Made by a program: the position numbers and the translations under genes | Source of the DNA: an uncultured bacterium | GTDB taxonomy: Bacteria > Krumholzibacteriota > Krumholzibacteriia > Krumholzibacteriales > WJIX01 | NCBI GenBank assembly: GCA_964488475.1 | Contig: CAZAUK010000003.1 | Location: forward strand, 46,592 to 110,591 | Direction: 5' to 3' | Length of the DNA: 64,000 nt | Part shown: piece after piece, positions 46,729 to 55,485 of the stretch | Layout of the letters: each line of letters begins with the position of its first letter | Numbering within the stretch: the first letter of the stretch is position 1 | Notes under the pieces: generated by a model | Database searches by the model: none | The model's input: the letters and a program-made list of their open reading frames with translations, nothing else | What the model was told of the DNA's origin: nothing

Positions 46729-47497
46729 TGTCCTTTGAAGTCACCGTCCTGGGGTCCGGTACCATAATTCCCGACGCGCAAAGAAGGGCCACTTCACTTC
46801 TGGTGGATGCGGGTGGAAAGATCCTTCTATTGGACTGCGGCCCCTGTATTCCGAACGCTCTGGTGGAAAATGGCTTTTCCCCTATTCTCCTGAATCTATT
46901 TTCATAACTCATCTGCATCCGGATCACACCCTGGGTCTGGGGCATCTGATAGCTTCCGCGGTTAACGACAGCTCGTTTCCGGACACCGGTACGATCGATG
47001 TCTACGGGCCGAATGGGATTGAGGATTTTATTGAAGAATGGTACAATCTCTACCCGTCACTTGAGAAATCCCGGCGGTTTTTAAGGGTTAAGAAGGTCTC
47101 GGTAAACGAAGAGATAAGGTGTTCGGGCGTCGCAGTGGATGTGGGGCGGGCATTTCACGGCGATATCGAAGCTCACGCGTTCCGGCTCCGTTACGCCGGT
47201 TCGATCTTCTGTTTCACCGGCGATACATCTTACTCAGAACGGCTGGCGGATTTTGCCAGGGGCGCTGACCTTCTGGCGGCGGAGTGTTCCTTCCCGGACG
47301 GCAGCGATTCGAAAGGGCATATGACACCTTCACAGGCTGGAACCCTGGCTTCAAGAAGCGGCGCGGGAAAACTGCTCTTAGTGCATATGTATCCTTCCGT
47401 GGAGCCGAGGCGGGCAGAAGAGTCAGCCCGAGAAAAATTCGAGGGAACGGTAATCGCGGCCCGGGACGGAATGACCATGGAGATTGGAAAAGGTTAA
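46728..47497 (+). pseudogene. MBL-fold metallo-hydrolase (RNase Z/ElaC-like) interrupted by a -1 frameshift at a T4C4 homopolymer (about 46875-46886)
   Basis: The ATG at 46728 overlaps the upstream TAA (TAATG). Frame A encodes MSFEVTVLGSGT...LLDCG... and stops at 46905-46907. The -1 frame continues ...SPESIFITHLHPDHTLGLGH... through to 47497. The shift falls at the tract ttttcccct. Confidence 0.6.
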
Positions 47498-47542
47498 GTA
47501 TCCTCTGTGTCTGATTAGTTTCTAGCTGAAAAGGAGGAGGCC

Positions 47543-48640
47543 ATGAAAATTACTCTTAGTGTGATAAAGGCCGATATAGGTTCTATCGGAGGGCATATCA
47601 AGCCGGGCGAGAAGCTCCTGGACAGGGTGCGGAAATTCGTGAGCGATAACGCGGTCAAGCTCGCGTATGACTGGTATATCAGCTCCACGGGTGATGACAT
47701 AGCGATACTTTTAAGCCACGGCAGGGGAGTGGGCGATAAAGATATTCACGCCCTGGCCTGGAACGCATTCACCGAAGGTACCGAGCTGGCAAAAGAAATG
47801 GGTCTTTACGGAGCGGGGCAGGATCTGCTCAAGGACGCCTTCAGCGGAAACGTCAAGGGAATGGGGCCCGCGGTCGCGGAGATGGAATTCGAGGAGCGCC
47901 CTAACGAACCGTTCCTGTTCTTCGCCGCCGACAAGACAGATCCAGGCGCCTACAACCTTCCCCTTTACCTGTCCTACTGTGATCCCATGTACTGCAGCGG
48001 CCTCATTCTGGCACCCAAGATGTCGGATGGTTTCAGGTTCGATATCATGGACGTTTCCTATACCGAGGGAGACAGGGTGGTATCTCTTGACTCTCCGGAA
48101 GAGCTGTACGAGATAGCGGCCCTTCTAAGAGACAATCAGAGGTTCGTGGTGGAAAAGGTCGTTTCAAGAAAAACCGGAGATATCGCTGCGGCCGTAAGCA
48201 CCACCAGGCTTCATAATATCGCCGGTAAATACACCGGCAAGGACGATCCGGTCATGCTGACGAGGGTTCAGGGCAACTTTCCCGCAACCGGCGAGATGCT
48301 GGCACCCTATTCCAAAGGCCATCTGGTGGCTGGATTTATGAGAGGAAGTCATAACGGCCCGCTGATGCCGGTGAAGCTGAATTCCCCTATTTCCTATTTC
48401 GACGGGCCGCCGATCGTCAGTTGCGCCGCTTTCTGCGTCCACGAAGGGAAGCTGACCGAAGCGGCGGATGTATTCGATCACCCTCTCTGGGAGCACGTAA
48501 GGGACAAGGTTTCCGGAAAGGCCCTGGATATCAGGGAACAGGGTTTCAGCGGGGCGGCGATGCTGGGATACGAAGAGCTCGAATACGGTGGAATAGTGGA
48601 GATCATGAATAGAATAGAAAGTAAATTCAAAATAAGGTAA
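47543..48640 (+). CDS. fbp: Bifunctional fructose-1,6-bisphosphate aldolase/phosphatase (class V FBPase, archaeal type)
   Basis: The N-terminus MKITLSVIKADIGSIGGH matches the archaeal FBP aldolase/phosphatase signature (MK.T.SVIKADIGS..GH). 365 aa, with a strong SD (GGAGGAGG). Confidence 0.8.
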   Translation: MKITLSVIKADIGSIGGHIKPGEKLLDRVRKFVSDNAVKLAYDWYISSTGDDIAILLSHGRGVGDKDIHALAWNAFTEGTELAKEMGLYGAGQDLLKDAFSGNVKGMGPAVAEMEFEERPNEPFLFFAADKTDPGAYNLPLYLSYCDPMYCSGLILAPKMSDGFRFDIMDVSYTEGDRVVSLDSPEELYEIAALLRDNQRFVVEKVVSRKTGDIAAAVSTTRLHNIAGKYTGKDDPVMLTRVQGNFPATGEMLAPYSKGHLVAGFMRGSHNGPLMPVKLNSPISYFDGPPIVSCAAFCVHEGKLTEAADVFDHPLWEHVRDKVSGKALDIREQGFSGAAMLGYEELEYGGIVEIMNRIESKFKIR

Positions 48641-48658
48641 GACCAATAAAAGAAGAAC

Positions 48659-49498
48659 TTGAGAACTTATTCCAGCGAGAATCAAGGGGGTTTTGTGAAA
48701 AAGCGCGCTATATTCCTTCTGGCTGCAATCCTGTTCATTCCTCTGGGTTCCTCATCACGGGCCTATATCCTAAGGAGAGAAGTCACCCGTAATATTGATC
48801 CCGAAGGTCGGTCGAAACTGGCGGTGATCAATAAATTCGGATCTTTCAGGATTGAATCTTCATCCGGTTCTAAGATGGGCATAACGGTCCGGTTGAAGAT
48901 TCGCGCCCCTTCAAAGTTCAATGCTCTTAAGATATTCAGGGATACGGTGCTGGATATTTCCCGGGGAAAGGATTCGGTTCTGGCCCAAGTTAAGACACCG
49001 CCTCTCAGAGATACCGGGATTTTCAGTCTTGCCGGTACAGTCAGGACTACTGTAAAGGTCGATTACGAGATTGCTCTTCCTTCCGGTACCGGTGTGATCG
49101 TAGATAATCTGGACGGCGACATATATCTTAAAGGGATCGATTCATCTTTTGATATCGAGAACGGAAAAGGGGTGGTGACTATATCAGATTCGAGACCGGT
49201 CTCAGGAAAGGTGGAACTTTCCAGAGGGTCGATAGAATATGATTTCAAGAGTGATGGTTGGAAAGGAGAGCTGAGCCTTGAATGCGGATCGGGTGATATA
49301 GTCTTTCGGCCGCGGGGGGGCATAGATGCAGTGTTAAGCGCTGAATCTAGAAAAGGAAGAATCGAAACAGATCTGGCGGAAGATCATAGGGTCATGGAAA
49401 GAGATGGGCGGCGGACTGAAATCATGATTGGCGAAGGTTTGGGAAAGGTCTCGCTAATTAACGTCAAAGGTGTTATAAAAATAAATTCAAGCCGGTAG
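48659..49498 (+). CDS. Secreted all-beta repeat protein (DUF4097-like putative adhesin domain)
   Basis: Signal peptide followed by repeated G-D-I/V beta-strand units (GDIYLKGIDSSFDIENGKGVVTISDS). 279 aa. Confidence 0.45.
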   Translation: MRTYSSENQGGFVKKRAIFLLAAILFIPLGSSSRAYILRREVTRNIDPEGRSKLAVINKFGSFRIESSSGSKMGITVRLKIRAPSKFNALKIFRDTVLDISRGKDSVLAQVKTPPLRDTGIFSLAGTVRTTVKVDYEIALPSGTGVIVDNLDGDIYLKGIDSSFDIENGKGVVTISDSRPVSGKVELSRGSIEYDFKSDGWKGELSLECGSGDIVFRPRGGIDAVLSAESRKGRIETDLAEDHRVMERDGRRTEIMIGEGLGKVSLINVKGVIKINSSR

Positions 49499-49505
49499 AA
49501 TCTTT

Positions 49506-49895
49506 TTGGAGGTCAAGATGGAAGAAGATAAATTCAGCGATAAAAGTGAAAGACCGGAAGTGGATATCGAAGCTGATATACCGCTTCCCATTGGAATAGC
49601 CGGGGCGCTGGCCTACTTTATTCCGGTATTCGGAGGTGTTTTCTTTCTTTTCGCAGAGAGGCGCAACAGGTTTCTCAGGTTCCATTGTGTCCAGTCTATA
49701 CTATTCTGGGTATTCTTCGGACTCTGTTTCGCGCTGTCCGTAATCCTGGGGTCTTACATTTTGAGAAAACTTGTCTGGATCGCGCTTTTTATTTCCTGGG
49801 GTATTATTATCTACAAAGCGATTAACAGAGAGTCCTACAAGCTGCCCGTCATCGGCGATATAGCCCATGGCCAGATTGATTCAGAACGGAGATAG
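49506..49895 (+). CDS. Small membrane protein (DUF4870-like)
   Basis: A 129 aa protein with an acidic N-terminus and two or three transmembrane helices. It carries the conserved ...RNRFLRFHCVQSILFW... pattern. Confidence 0.5.
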   Translation: MEVKMEEDKFSDKSERPEVDIEADIPLPIGIAGALAYFIPVFGGVFFLFAERRNRFLRFHCVQSILFWVFFGLCFALSVILGSYILRKLVWIALFISWGIIIYKAINRESYKLPVIGDIAHGQIDSERR

Positions 49896-49910
49896 GGGAG
49901 GAGAGCGCCT

Positions 49911-50756
49911 ATGGTACTGGGAGAATTTACACTGAAGCCGGTTACGGCGGGAACCCTTCTTCTGGACGGGGGAGCGATGTTCGGGGTTGTGCCAAAAGCC
50001 TTATGGAGCAAGACCAATCCAGCCGACGACAGGAACAGGATCTCAATGCATATGAGAACTCTTTACATCGAGGGAAGAGAGCGCAGAATACTGATTGACA
50101 GCGGGGCTGGAACCAAGCTTGACCAGAAAATGCTGGATAATTATGGAATCGAATGCGAAGATTTCGGAACAGTCCTTCGAAGAGAAGGCATTGACCCGGA
50201 ATCAATTACCGATGTTGTTTCGACCCATCTTCACTTCGACCATGCCGGGGGCCTGACCCACTATGATTCCGGCGAAGAGTTGAAGTTGACCTTCCCGGAC
50301 GCCGTTCACCATATTCAGAGGAAGCAATGGGAAGCGGCGGTCAATCCCAATGAAAAGGACAGGGCCAGTTTCTTCCAGGAAAATTTTGTTCCGGTCCGCG
50401 AGGCAGGCAAGCTTTCCCTGGTCGAGGGAGAGAAGGATATAGCCCCCGGCGTAAGGGTATTGCCGACAGAAGGCCACACTCCGGGACACCAGGTCGTCCT
50501 GCTTGAGACAGCAGAAGGAAACCTGCTCTACTGTGGCGACCTCATTCCGCTGGCTTCCCATGTAAACCTTCCTTACATAATGGCCTACGATCACTTTCCA
50601 CTGAAGACCCTTCAGGAGAAGAAAAGGATACTCGCCAAGGCCGCCGATGAAAACTGGATACTTTTCTTTGAGCATGACCCCTTCATGGCAGCTTGCCGGG
50701 TAAGGCGTGATGACAGGGGAAGGTTCGAGATCTCCCAGCAGATCGATATGGAGTAA
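49911..50756 (+). CDS. MBL-fold metallo-hydrolase
   Basis: The HLHFDHAGG motif and downstream His/Asp ligands (TEGHTPGH). Confidence 0.8.
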   Translation: MVLGEFTLKPVTAGTLLLDGGAMFGVVPKALWSKTNPADDRNRISMHMRTLYIEGRERRILIDSGAGTKLDQKMLDNYGIECEDFGTVLRREGIDPESITDVVSTHLHFDHAGGLTHYDSGEELKLTFPDAVHHIQRKQWEAAVNPNEKDRASFFQENFVPVREAGKLSLVEGEKDIAPGVRVLPTEGHTPGHQVVLLETAEGNLLYCGDLIPLASHVNLPYIMAYDHFPLKTLQEKKRILAKAADENWILFFEHDPFMAACRVRRDDRGRFEISQQIDME

Positions 50757-50760
50757 AAGT

Positions 50761-51327
50761 TTGAATGACGCCGAGTTGATGAGACGCACAGCAGCCGGTG
50801 ACACCGAATCCTTCCGAGTCCTGGTAGAGAGGTACCAGCGGAACATATTTAATTTTTTTCTCAGATCCACTGGAAACACCGAAGACGCAGAGGATCTTTC
50901 CCAGACACTTTTTCTGAATCTTTTCAAAAGCGCGGCCAGATACCGGGAAACAGCGTCATTCAATACATACATATTCAGGATAGCCGCGAATATCGCCGCC
51001 AGTTTTGCCAGAAAAGGTGGATCGGTAAAGGTGTTTTCTCTGGAAGAGGAATCCGGTGAAACGATGGAATTGGAAGACCTTAGAACGCCTGATCCTGTAA
51101 CAGGGGTAGAAACGAGTGAACTTGAAAAACGATACTTGGAAGCCTTGTCCCGGCTTCCCGCGGACATGAAGATAGCCATGGAATTGAGAGTGGCGGAGGG
51201 TTTTACCTACAAGGAGATAGCCGGCATAATGGGGAAGAGCGTACCAGCTGTGGAGTCTATAATATTCAGGGCGAGGAAGAGGTTGGCAGCCGCTCTCGCA
51301 GACCTTGCCAGAGGCTCGAATGAGTAG
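50761..51327 (+). CDS. RNA polymerase sigma factor, ECF (sigma-70 family group 4)
   Basis: Region 2 (LVERYQRNIFNFFLRSTGNTEDAEDLSQTLFLNLF) and region 4 helix-turn-helix (GFTYKEIAGIMGKSVPAVESIIFRARKRL). The TTG start at 50761 was chosen after the stop of the upstream gene; the ATG at 50779 is an alternative. Confidence 0.8.
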   Translation: MNDAELMRRTAAGDTESFRVLVERYQRNIFNFFLRSTGNTEDAEDLSQTLFLNLFKSAARYRETASFNTYIFRIAANIAASFARKGGSVKVFSLEEESGETMELEDLRTPDPVTGVETSELEKRYLEALSRLPADMKIAMELRVAEGFTYKEIAGIMGKSVPAVESIIFRARKRLAAALADLARGSNE

Positions 51328-51399
51328 TGAAATGAAAAAACACAATTTTTTATGCAAGTTTTTTGTTTTTGCCGCGTTTGTAATAAACAGAAGGAGTTA

Positions 51400-51852
51400 A
51401 TGGTGAATTGTAAAGATTTCAAGAAGCTGATCTCCAGGGAAATCGACGGAGAGATCACAGAGCGACAGAGAGATTCACTCAACCGGCATCTTAAGACCTG
51501 CCGGTCATGCTCTCTCTTCAGAGAATCGCTGCGATCTATCAGCCGGATCCATGCCGGGTTACCTGATCAAAAACCGCCTGATTCGATGACTGACGTCATC
51601 ATGCGCAGAGTCCAGAGGGTGGAACGCGGTAACCGGTTTGCCGGTTGGGCGAGGGCGGCGGTAGCAGCCGCGGCAGTGCTGGTTATGATCGCCGGCGCCG
51701 GTGTAGGGAATTTCATCGCTCAGAGGTCCGCGGACATTTTCTTCCATGAACAGGAGAGCATCTTCGGTGTCGAATACCTGGGGGTTCATCCTCCCGATTC
51801 GATGGGCGATGTCCTGCTGGCGGCGATGGAGGAGTACGAAAATGACCAGTAG
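51400..51852 (+). CDS. Anti-sigma factor, zf-HC2 type (putative zinc-finger anti-sigma with transmembrane helix)
   Basis: N-terminal CKDF...H...CRSC (HxxxCxxC-type) motif, a central transmembrane segment (AAVAAAAVLVMIAGAG), AAGGAG upstream of the ATG, and a position directly after the ECF sigma gene. Confidence 0.7.
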   Translation: MVNCKDFKKLISREIDGEITERQRDSLNRHLKTCRSCSLFRESLRSISRIHAGLPDQKPPDSMTDVIMRRVQRVERGNRFAGWARAAVAAAAVLVMIAGAGVGNFIAQRSADIFFHEQESIFGVEYLGVHPPDSMGDVLLAAMEEYENDQ

Positions 51853-52351
51853 AAGCCTGAAGTTCGTTCTGATCATTTCGCTGGCCTTCAATATCGCTGT
51901 TTTCGCTGTTTTTTCAATTCTCTTTTTCTCTCAGCGGGTCACCTCGGAAGAGAGTGAAGCCCTTGACGGAAAGAGAGTATGCGATCCAAGCAGGTGCGTT
52001 GAGTTCGCGAGAAGATTTGGGCTTAAACCCGGGAAAGCCGAAAGATTCGCCAGCGAGATGTCCGGTTTCGGTGAGGAGGAGAGGGCGATAAGGATAGCAA
52101 TCATCGAGGCTCGCGGTCAGCTTATGGATCTTCTACGAGAAACACCGCAGAATGAAGATGAGATCATGAAGAAGGTGGACCGGATCTCATCTCTTCAGGG
52201 CCGGATGGAAAGAATGCTGGTCAGAAGGCTCCTTCGGGTTAATTCGGTTCTCAGCGAATCTGAGAGAGAGAGATTGCACAGGCATCTAATGCACAGAATG
52301 GGGAGAGGCCCGCGGCGCGAAGGCTGTCAGCGGAGAATTCCCCGAAGATAG
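51842..52351 (+). CDS. Membrane-anchored periplasmic CpxP/Spy/ZraP/CnrX-like (LTXXQ / Metal_resist-type) helical protein
   Basis: The ATG overlaps the anti-sigma stop. It has an N-terminal transmembrane helix and a helical charged domain with LxxxxRxxL repeats (LSESERERLHRHL). Assignment is by architecture only. Confidence 0.45.
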   Translation: MTSRSLKFVLIISLAFNIAVFAVFSILFFSQRVTSEESEALDGKRVCDPSRCVEFARRFGLKPGKAERFASEMSGFGEEERAIRIAIIEARGQLMDLLRETPQNEDEIMKKVDRISSLQGRMERMLVRRLLRVNSVLSESERERLHRHLMHRMGRGPRREGCQRRIPRR

Positions 52352-52366
52352 AAATGGAGGATAAAA

Positions 52367-52924
52367 ATGACCAAGAGCAGGATTCTCGCGGCGGTTGTAG
52401 TTCTGATTGTTCTAACATCAATTCCTCTGGCCGCCCGGCAAAGGGGAAGAATGACATCAAGAGATCATGATTGCATGGCGACGTGGATGAAGGATCTCAC
52501 TGAAGAGCAGATGGATAAGATGGCGAAGATGAAGTTGAAACACCGTCAGGAGCTGGTTGATCCTAAGGCTGACGCGAAAAAAATTCATCTTAAGATCAAG
52601 GAAGAGTTGATGGCCGATAACCCGGATCGTAAAAATCTGGAAAGGCTTTTCAATAAGTTGTCCGACGCCAAGGAAAGCATTCACATGAAGAAGATCGGGT
52701 TCATGCTGGATTCGAGGGAAATACTTGGGGAGAAGCACTGGAAGGTGTTCCTGAAGCATCATCTGGACGGTTATGGAGGCATGGGCCATTGTGGACACAC
52801 CGGTATGAACAAAGGATGTATGGGTGGAAAGGGAATGAAAGGCTGCGGGGGTGGACGGGGGACAAAAGGCGGTTGTTCAAGGTCTGGAATGGGAATGAAG
52901 GGTAGAATGAGGGCCGGCCGGTAA
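52367..52924 (+). CDS. Periplasmic LTXXQ-motif (CpxP/ZraP-like) protein with a C-terminal Cys/Met/His/Gly-rich putative metal-binding tail
   Basis: Signal peptide and the LTEEQMDKM motif. The C-terminus is GHCGHTGMNKGCMGGKGMKGCGGGRGTKGGCSRSGMGMKGRM. Confidence 0.6.
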   Translation: MTKSRILAAVVVLIVLTSIPLAARQRGRMTSRDHDCMATWMKDLTEEQMDKMAKMKLKHRQELVDPKADAKKIHLKIKEELMADNPDRKNLERLFNKLSDAKESIHMKKIGFMLDSREILGEKHWKVFLKHHLDGYGGMGHCGHTGMNKGCMGGKGMKGCGGGRGTKGGCSRSGMGMKGRMRAGR

Positions 52925-53020
52925 AATCGGATGCGCCCGCGGGGCCGGCGCCCGATGTGTCGATTAGGTCCGAGGTGTTACCGCAATCTTTGATAAGGGG
53001 GAGAAATTTTTCTCCCCCTT

Positions 53021-54346
53021 CTATTTTAAGAGGTATCTGATAAGTATATATCCGGTGGCGACCGCAATCGAGATGATCATGAGAGGGAAACCGTATCTGA
53101 AGTAATTTCTGAAATTCAGAGGGGTACGGGTTTTTTCGCTGAATCCGGCTACCACCACGTTTGCCGAAGCGCCCAACAGGGTTCCGTTTCCTCCCAGGCA
53201 GGCTCCCAGCGCCAGACTCCACCACAGCGGGAGAGACTGCTGAATATAGTAGGCATGATAGGCGGTTTCCTCCAGTCCCTGAGTATTTGGAAAAAGGCGT
53301 GTGCTGATACTGGCCAGAAGAGGGATCATGGCCGCAACGAATGGAATGTTGTCCAGGAAGGCAGAAGCGATCGCCGATATCCAGAGCAGGGCCATGCAGA
53401 GGACCGTAATATTGTCGCTGATGTTGACCACTGATTCGGCCAGCCATAGAAGAATGCCCGTTTTCTCCAGTCCTCCCACCAGAACGAACAGTCCCATAAA
53501 GAAGAACAGAGCAGTCCATTCGATCTCCTTAAGATGTTTCTCTATATCCACTCCGCTCCAAACCATCAGTGCCCCGCCGCCTCCCAGCGCGACTGTAGCC
53601 GGCTTGAGATGAAGGAGGTCATGAAAAAGGAACCCCGCTATAGTCAGGGAAAGCATTATTACGCTTTTTCTCAGAATTGACCGGTTTTTAATTACCTTGC
53701 TTTCATCCATCTCGGAAATAACGCGGTCATAGTCTTCTCCCGATTTATGAAGCTCTTTCCTGAATATTATCCCCAGGGAAGCCATGGTCACTCCCAGGAT
53801 CAGAAGGGAAACCGGCCCCAGGTGATAGAGGAAATCCACGAATGGGATATCGGTGGCGCTTCCGATTAGAATGTTAGGGGGGTCGCCCACCAGAGTCGCC
53901 GTTCCTCCGATGTTGGAAGCCAGTATCTCCGAGATCAGGAAGGGGAAGGGAGATATGCTCAACATGTCGGCGATCAGTATGGTAATGGGAGCTATCAGCA
54001 GAACAGTGGTGACGTTGTCGAGAAAGGCTGAAGCCACCGCGGCAAACAGGGAAAACCAGAGTAGTATTTTCCATCTGCTGCCACCGGTCTTCTTGGTGAT
54101 TCGAATAGCGATATAGGTGAAGGCCCCGGTTTCCTTGATCACGCTGACAAGCAGCATCATTCCCAGCAGCAGGCCGATGGTGTTAAAATCAATAAAGGAA
54201 AAAGCCTCGCTCTGGGTCAGAACATGAAACCCTACCAGCAGAACCGCTCCCAGAATAGCGACTTTAGTCCTGTGTATCCTTTCCGAGATAATAAGTATAT
54301 AGGAGGCGACGAAGATCGCGATGGCGGTAATAATCGCGGGTGTCAT
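53021..54346 (-). CDS. ArsB/NhaD-superfamily anion permease (CitMHS/YbiR-like transporter)
   Basis: A 441 aa polytopic membrane protein with an internal-repeat architecture typical of the ArsB/NhaD permease superfamily. Confidence 0.65.
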   Translation of the reverse strand: MTPAIITAIAIFVASYILIISERIHRTKVAILGAVLLVGFHVLTQSEAFSFIDFNTIGLLLGMMLLVSVIKETGAFTYIAIRITKKTGGSRWKILLWFSLFAAVASAFLDNVTTVLLIAPITILIADMLSISPFPFLISEILASNIGGTATLVGDPPNILIGSATDIPFVDFLYHLGPVSLLILGVTMASLGIIFRKELHKSGEDYDRVISEMDESKVIKNRSILRKSVIMLSLTIAGFLFHDLLHLKPATVALGGGGALMVWSGVDIEKHLKEIEWTALFFFMGLFVLVGGLEKTGILLWLAESVVNISDNITVLCMALLWISAIASAFLDNIPFVAAMIPLLASISTRLFPNTQGLEETAYHAYYIQQSLPLWWSLALGACLGGNGTLLGASANVVVAGFSEKTRTPLNFRNYFRYGFPLMIISIAVATGYILIRYLLK

Positions 54347-54348
54347 GG

Positions 54349-54798
54349 CTAACCTTTGCTTTCGTAGATCCCTCTGCAGACGTCATTCAGGGCTATCATT
54401 CCCACCAGTTTTTTACCGCTTACCACGGGGATTCTGGATAGGCCGTGTCTATGCAGTGTCGCTATAGCTTTAAGCAGGCTGTCATTTTCCTCCAGGTAAG
54501 GAGGGTCGGCCACCATCAGGTCTTCGGCTACGAACAGCAGCTCTTCTATGGTGAAGGACATCTTCTCCAGAGCCCCGAAACTATGAACGAAATCAACATC
54601 CTTTATCATGTCGATATAGTCGGGAAGGAATATCAGCATGAAGTCATCGATGCTTATGATTCCACGAAGGTTACGGTCCTCGTCCACCACGGGAATAACC
54701 GATTCGCCCGTTTCAAAGAATAACCTGGCGATATCCTTCATGGAAGTTTCCGCCAGGACCGTGTCCGCGTTTCTGTTGACGTAGTTTGAGATCTCCAA
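54349..54798 (-). CDS. CBS-domain pair protein
   Basis: Two CBS motifs (…IPVVD…, …IPVVSGKKLVGMIALNDV…). 149 aa. Confidence 0.8.
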   Translation of the reverse strand: MEISNYVNRNADTVLAETSMKDIARLFFETGESVIPVVDEDRNLRGIISIDDFMLIFLPDYIDMIKDVDFVHSFGALEKMSFTIEELLFVAEDLMVADPPYLEENDSLLKAIATLHRHGLSRIPVVSGKKLVGMIALNDVCRGIYESKG

Positions 54799-54821
54799 AG
54801 GCCGTTCTCCAGGCTAGAGGA

Positions 54822-55286
54822 TCAAAGTAATCTTCTCTCAAAATCCTTCACGGTCTTGATAAATTCTTTGACTGTCCGGCAGCCGATTATCGATGTTCTG
54901 AATTCTTCGTTCTTTATCAGCCGTGAGATACCGGCCAGGGCTTTTATATGGGGCCCGGAGACGTTTATTGGTGAGACAAGCAGGAAGAAGATATGTGTTT
55001 TTTCGCCGTCCACCGAGTCAAATTCTATTCCGCGGGGTGAAAGGGCCGCGCAGATATAAAGTCTATCCACCACAGGGGTTTTTGCGTGCGGAACGGCCAA
55101 TCCCATTCCAACGCCGGTGCTCTGCCGAGCTTCTCTTCTCAGAATCGCCTCCAGTATCTTTTCACGATCCTTCAGCTTGTGCGAATCGCATAGAAGATGA
55201 ACAAGCTCTTCTAACACCGCGTTCTTTTCATAAGACTCGATTGAGAGCTTGATCGATGATTTTTTAATCTCGTCAGAAAGTTTCAT
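54822..55286 (-). CDS. PTS EIIA-type protein (PTS_EIIA_2; PtsN / nitrogen-regulatory IIA-like)
   Basis: GVGMGLAVPHAKT carries the phosphorylatable His region. 154 aa. Confidence 0.75.
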   Translation of the reverse strand: MKLSDEIKKSSIKLSIESYEKNAVLEELVHLLCDSHKLKDREKILEAILRREARQSTGVGMGLAVPHAKTPVVDRLYICAALSPRGIEFDSVDGEKTHIFFLLVSPINVSGPHIKALAGISRLIKNEEFRTSIIGCRTVKEFIKTVKDFERRLL

Positions 55287-55485
55287 TCTATTCTCTCTTC
55301 TATCGACCAGCGGCCGGCCGTCTGGATCTTATTAAACTGTTCGATGGACCCGGAAGAGATCACCGCCCTATTTGTCATACGGAGAAAATAAACGCGGGAA
55401 ACTGTTTTTGTCAAATCATAAAGAAATTTAATATCAGATAGTCAGCCGACCGGGCTGGGAGCAGGGGCTTCAGCGGATGTATCAT

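Noticed and set aside
48164-48685. 173 aa ORF antisense to the FBP aldolase/phosphatase gene
   Set aside because: The + strand gene has a diagnostic N-terminus and a strong SD.
50202-51179. 325 aa ORF on the minus strand
   Set aside because: It is antisense to the MBL hydrolase (HLHFDHAGG) and the ECF sigma factor (regions 2 and 4 are recognisable). Those + strand genes explain the region.
52701-53519. 272 aa ORF on the minus strand overlapping the LTXXQ gene and the transporter gene
   Set aside because: It overlaps two well-supported genes in different orientations. Its composition is low-complexity and there are no motifs.
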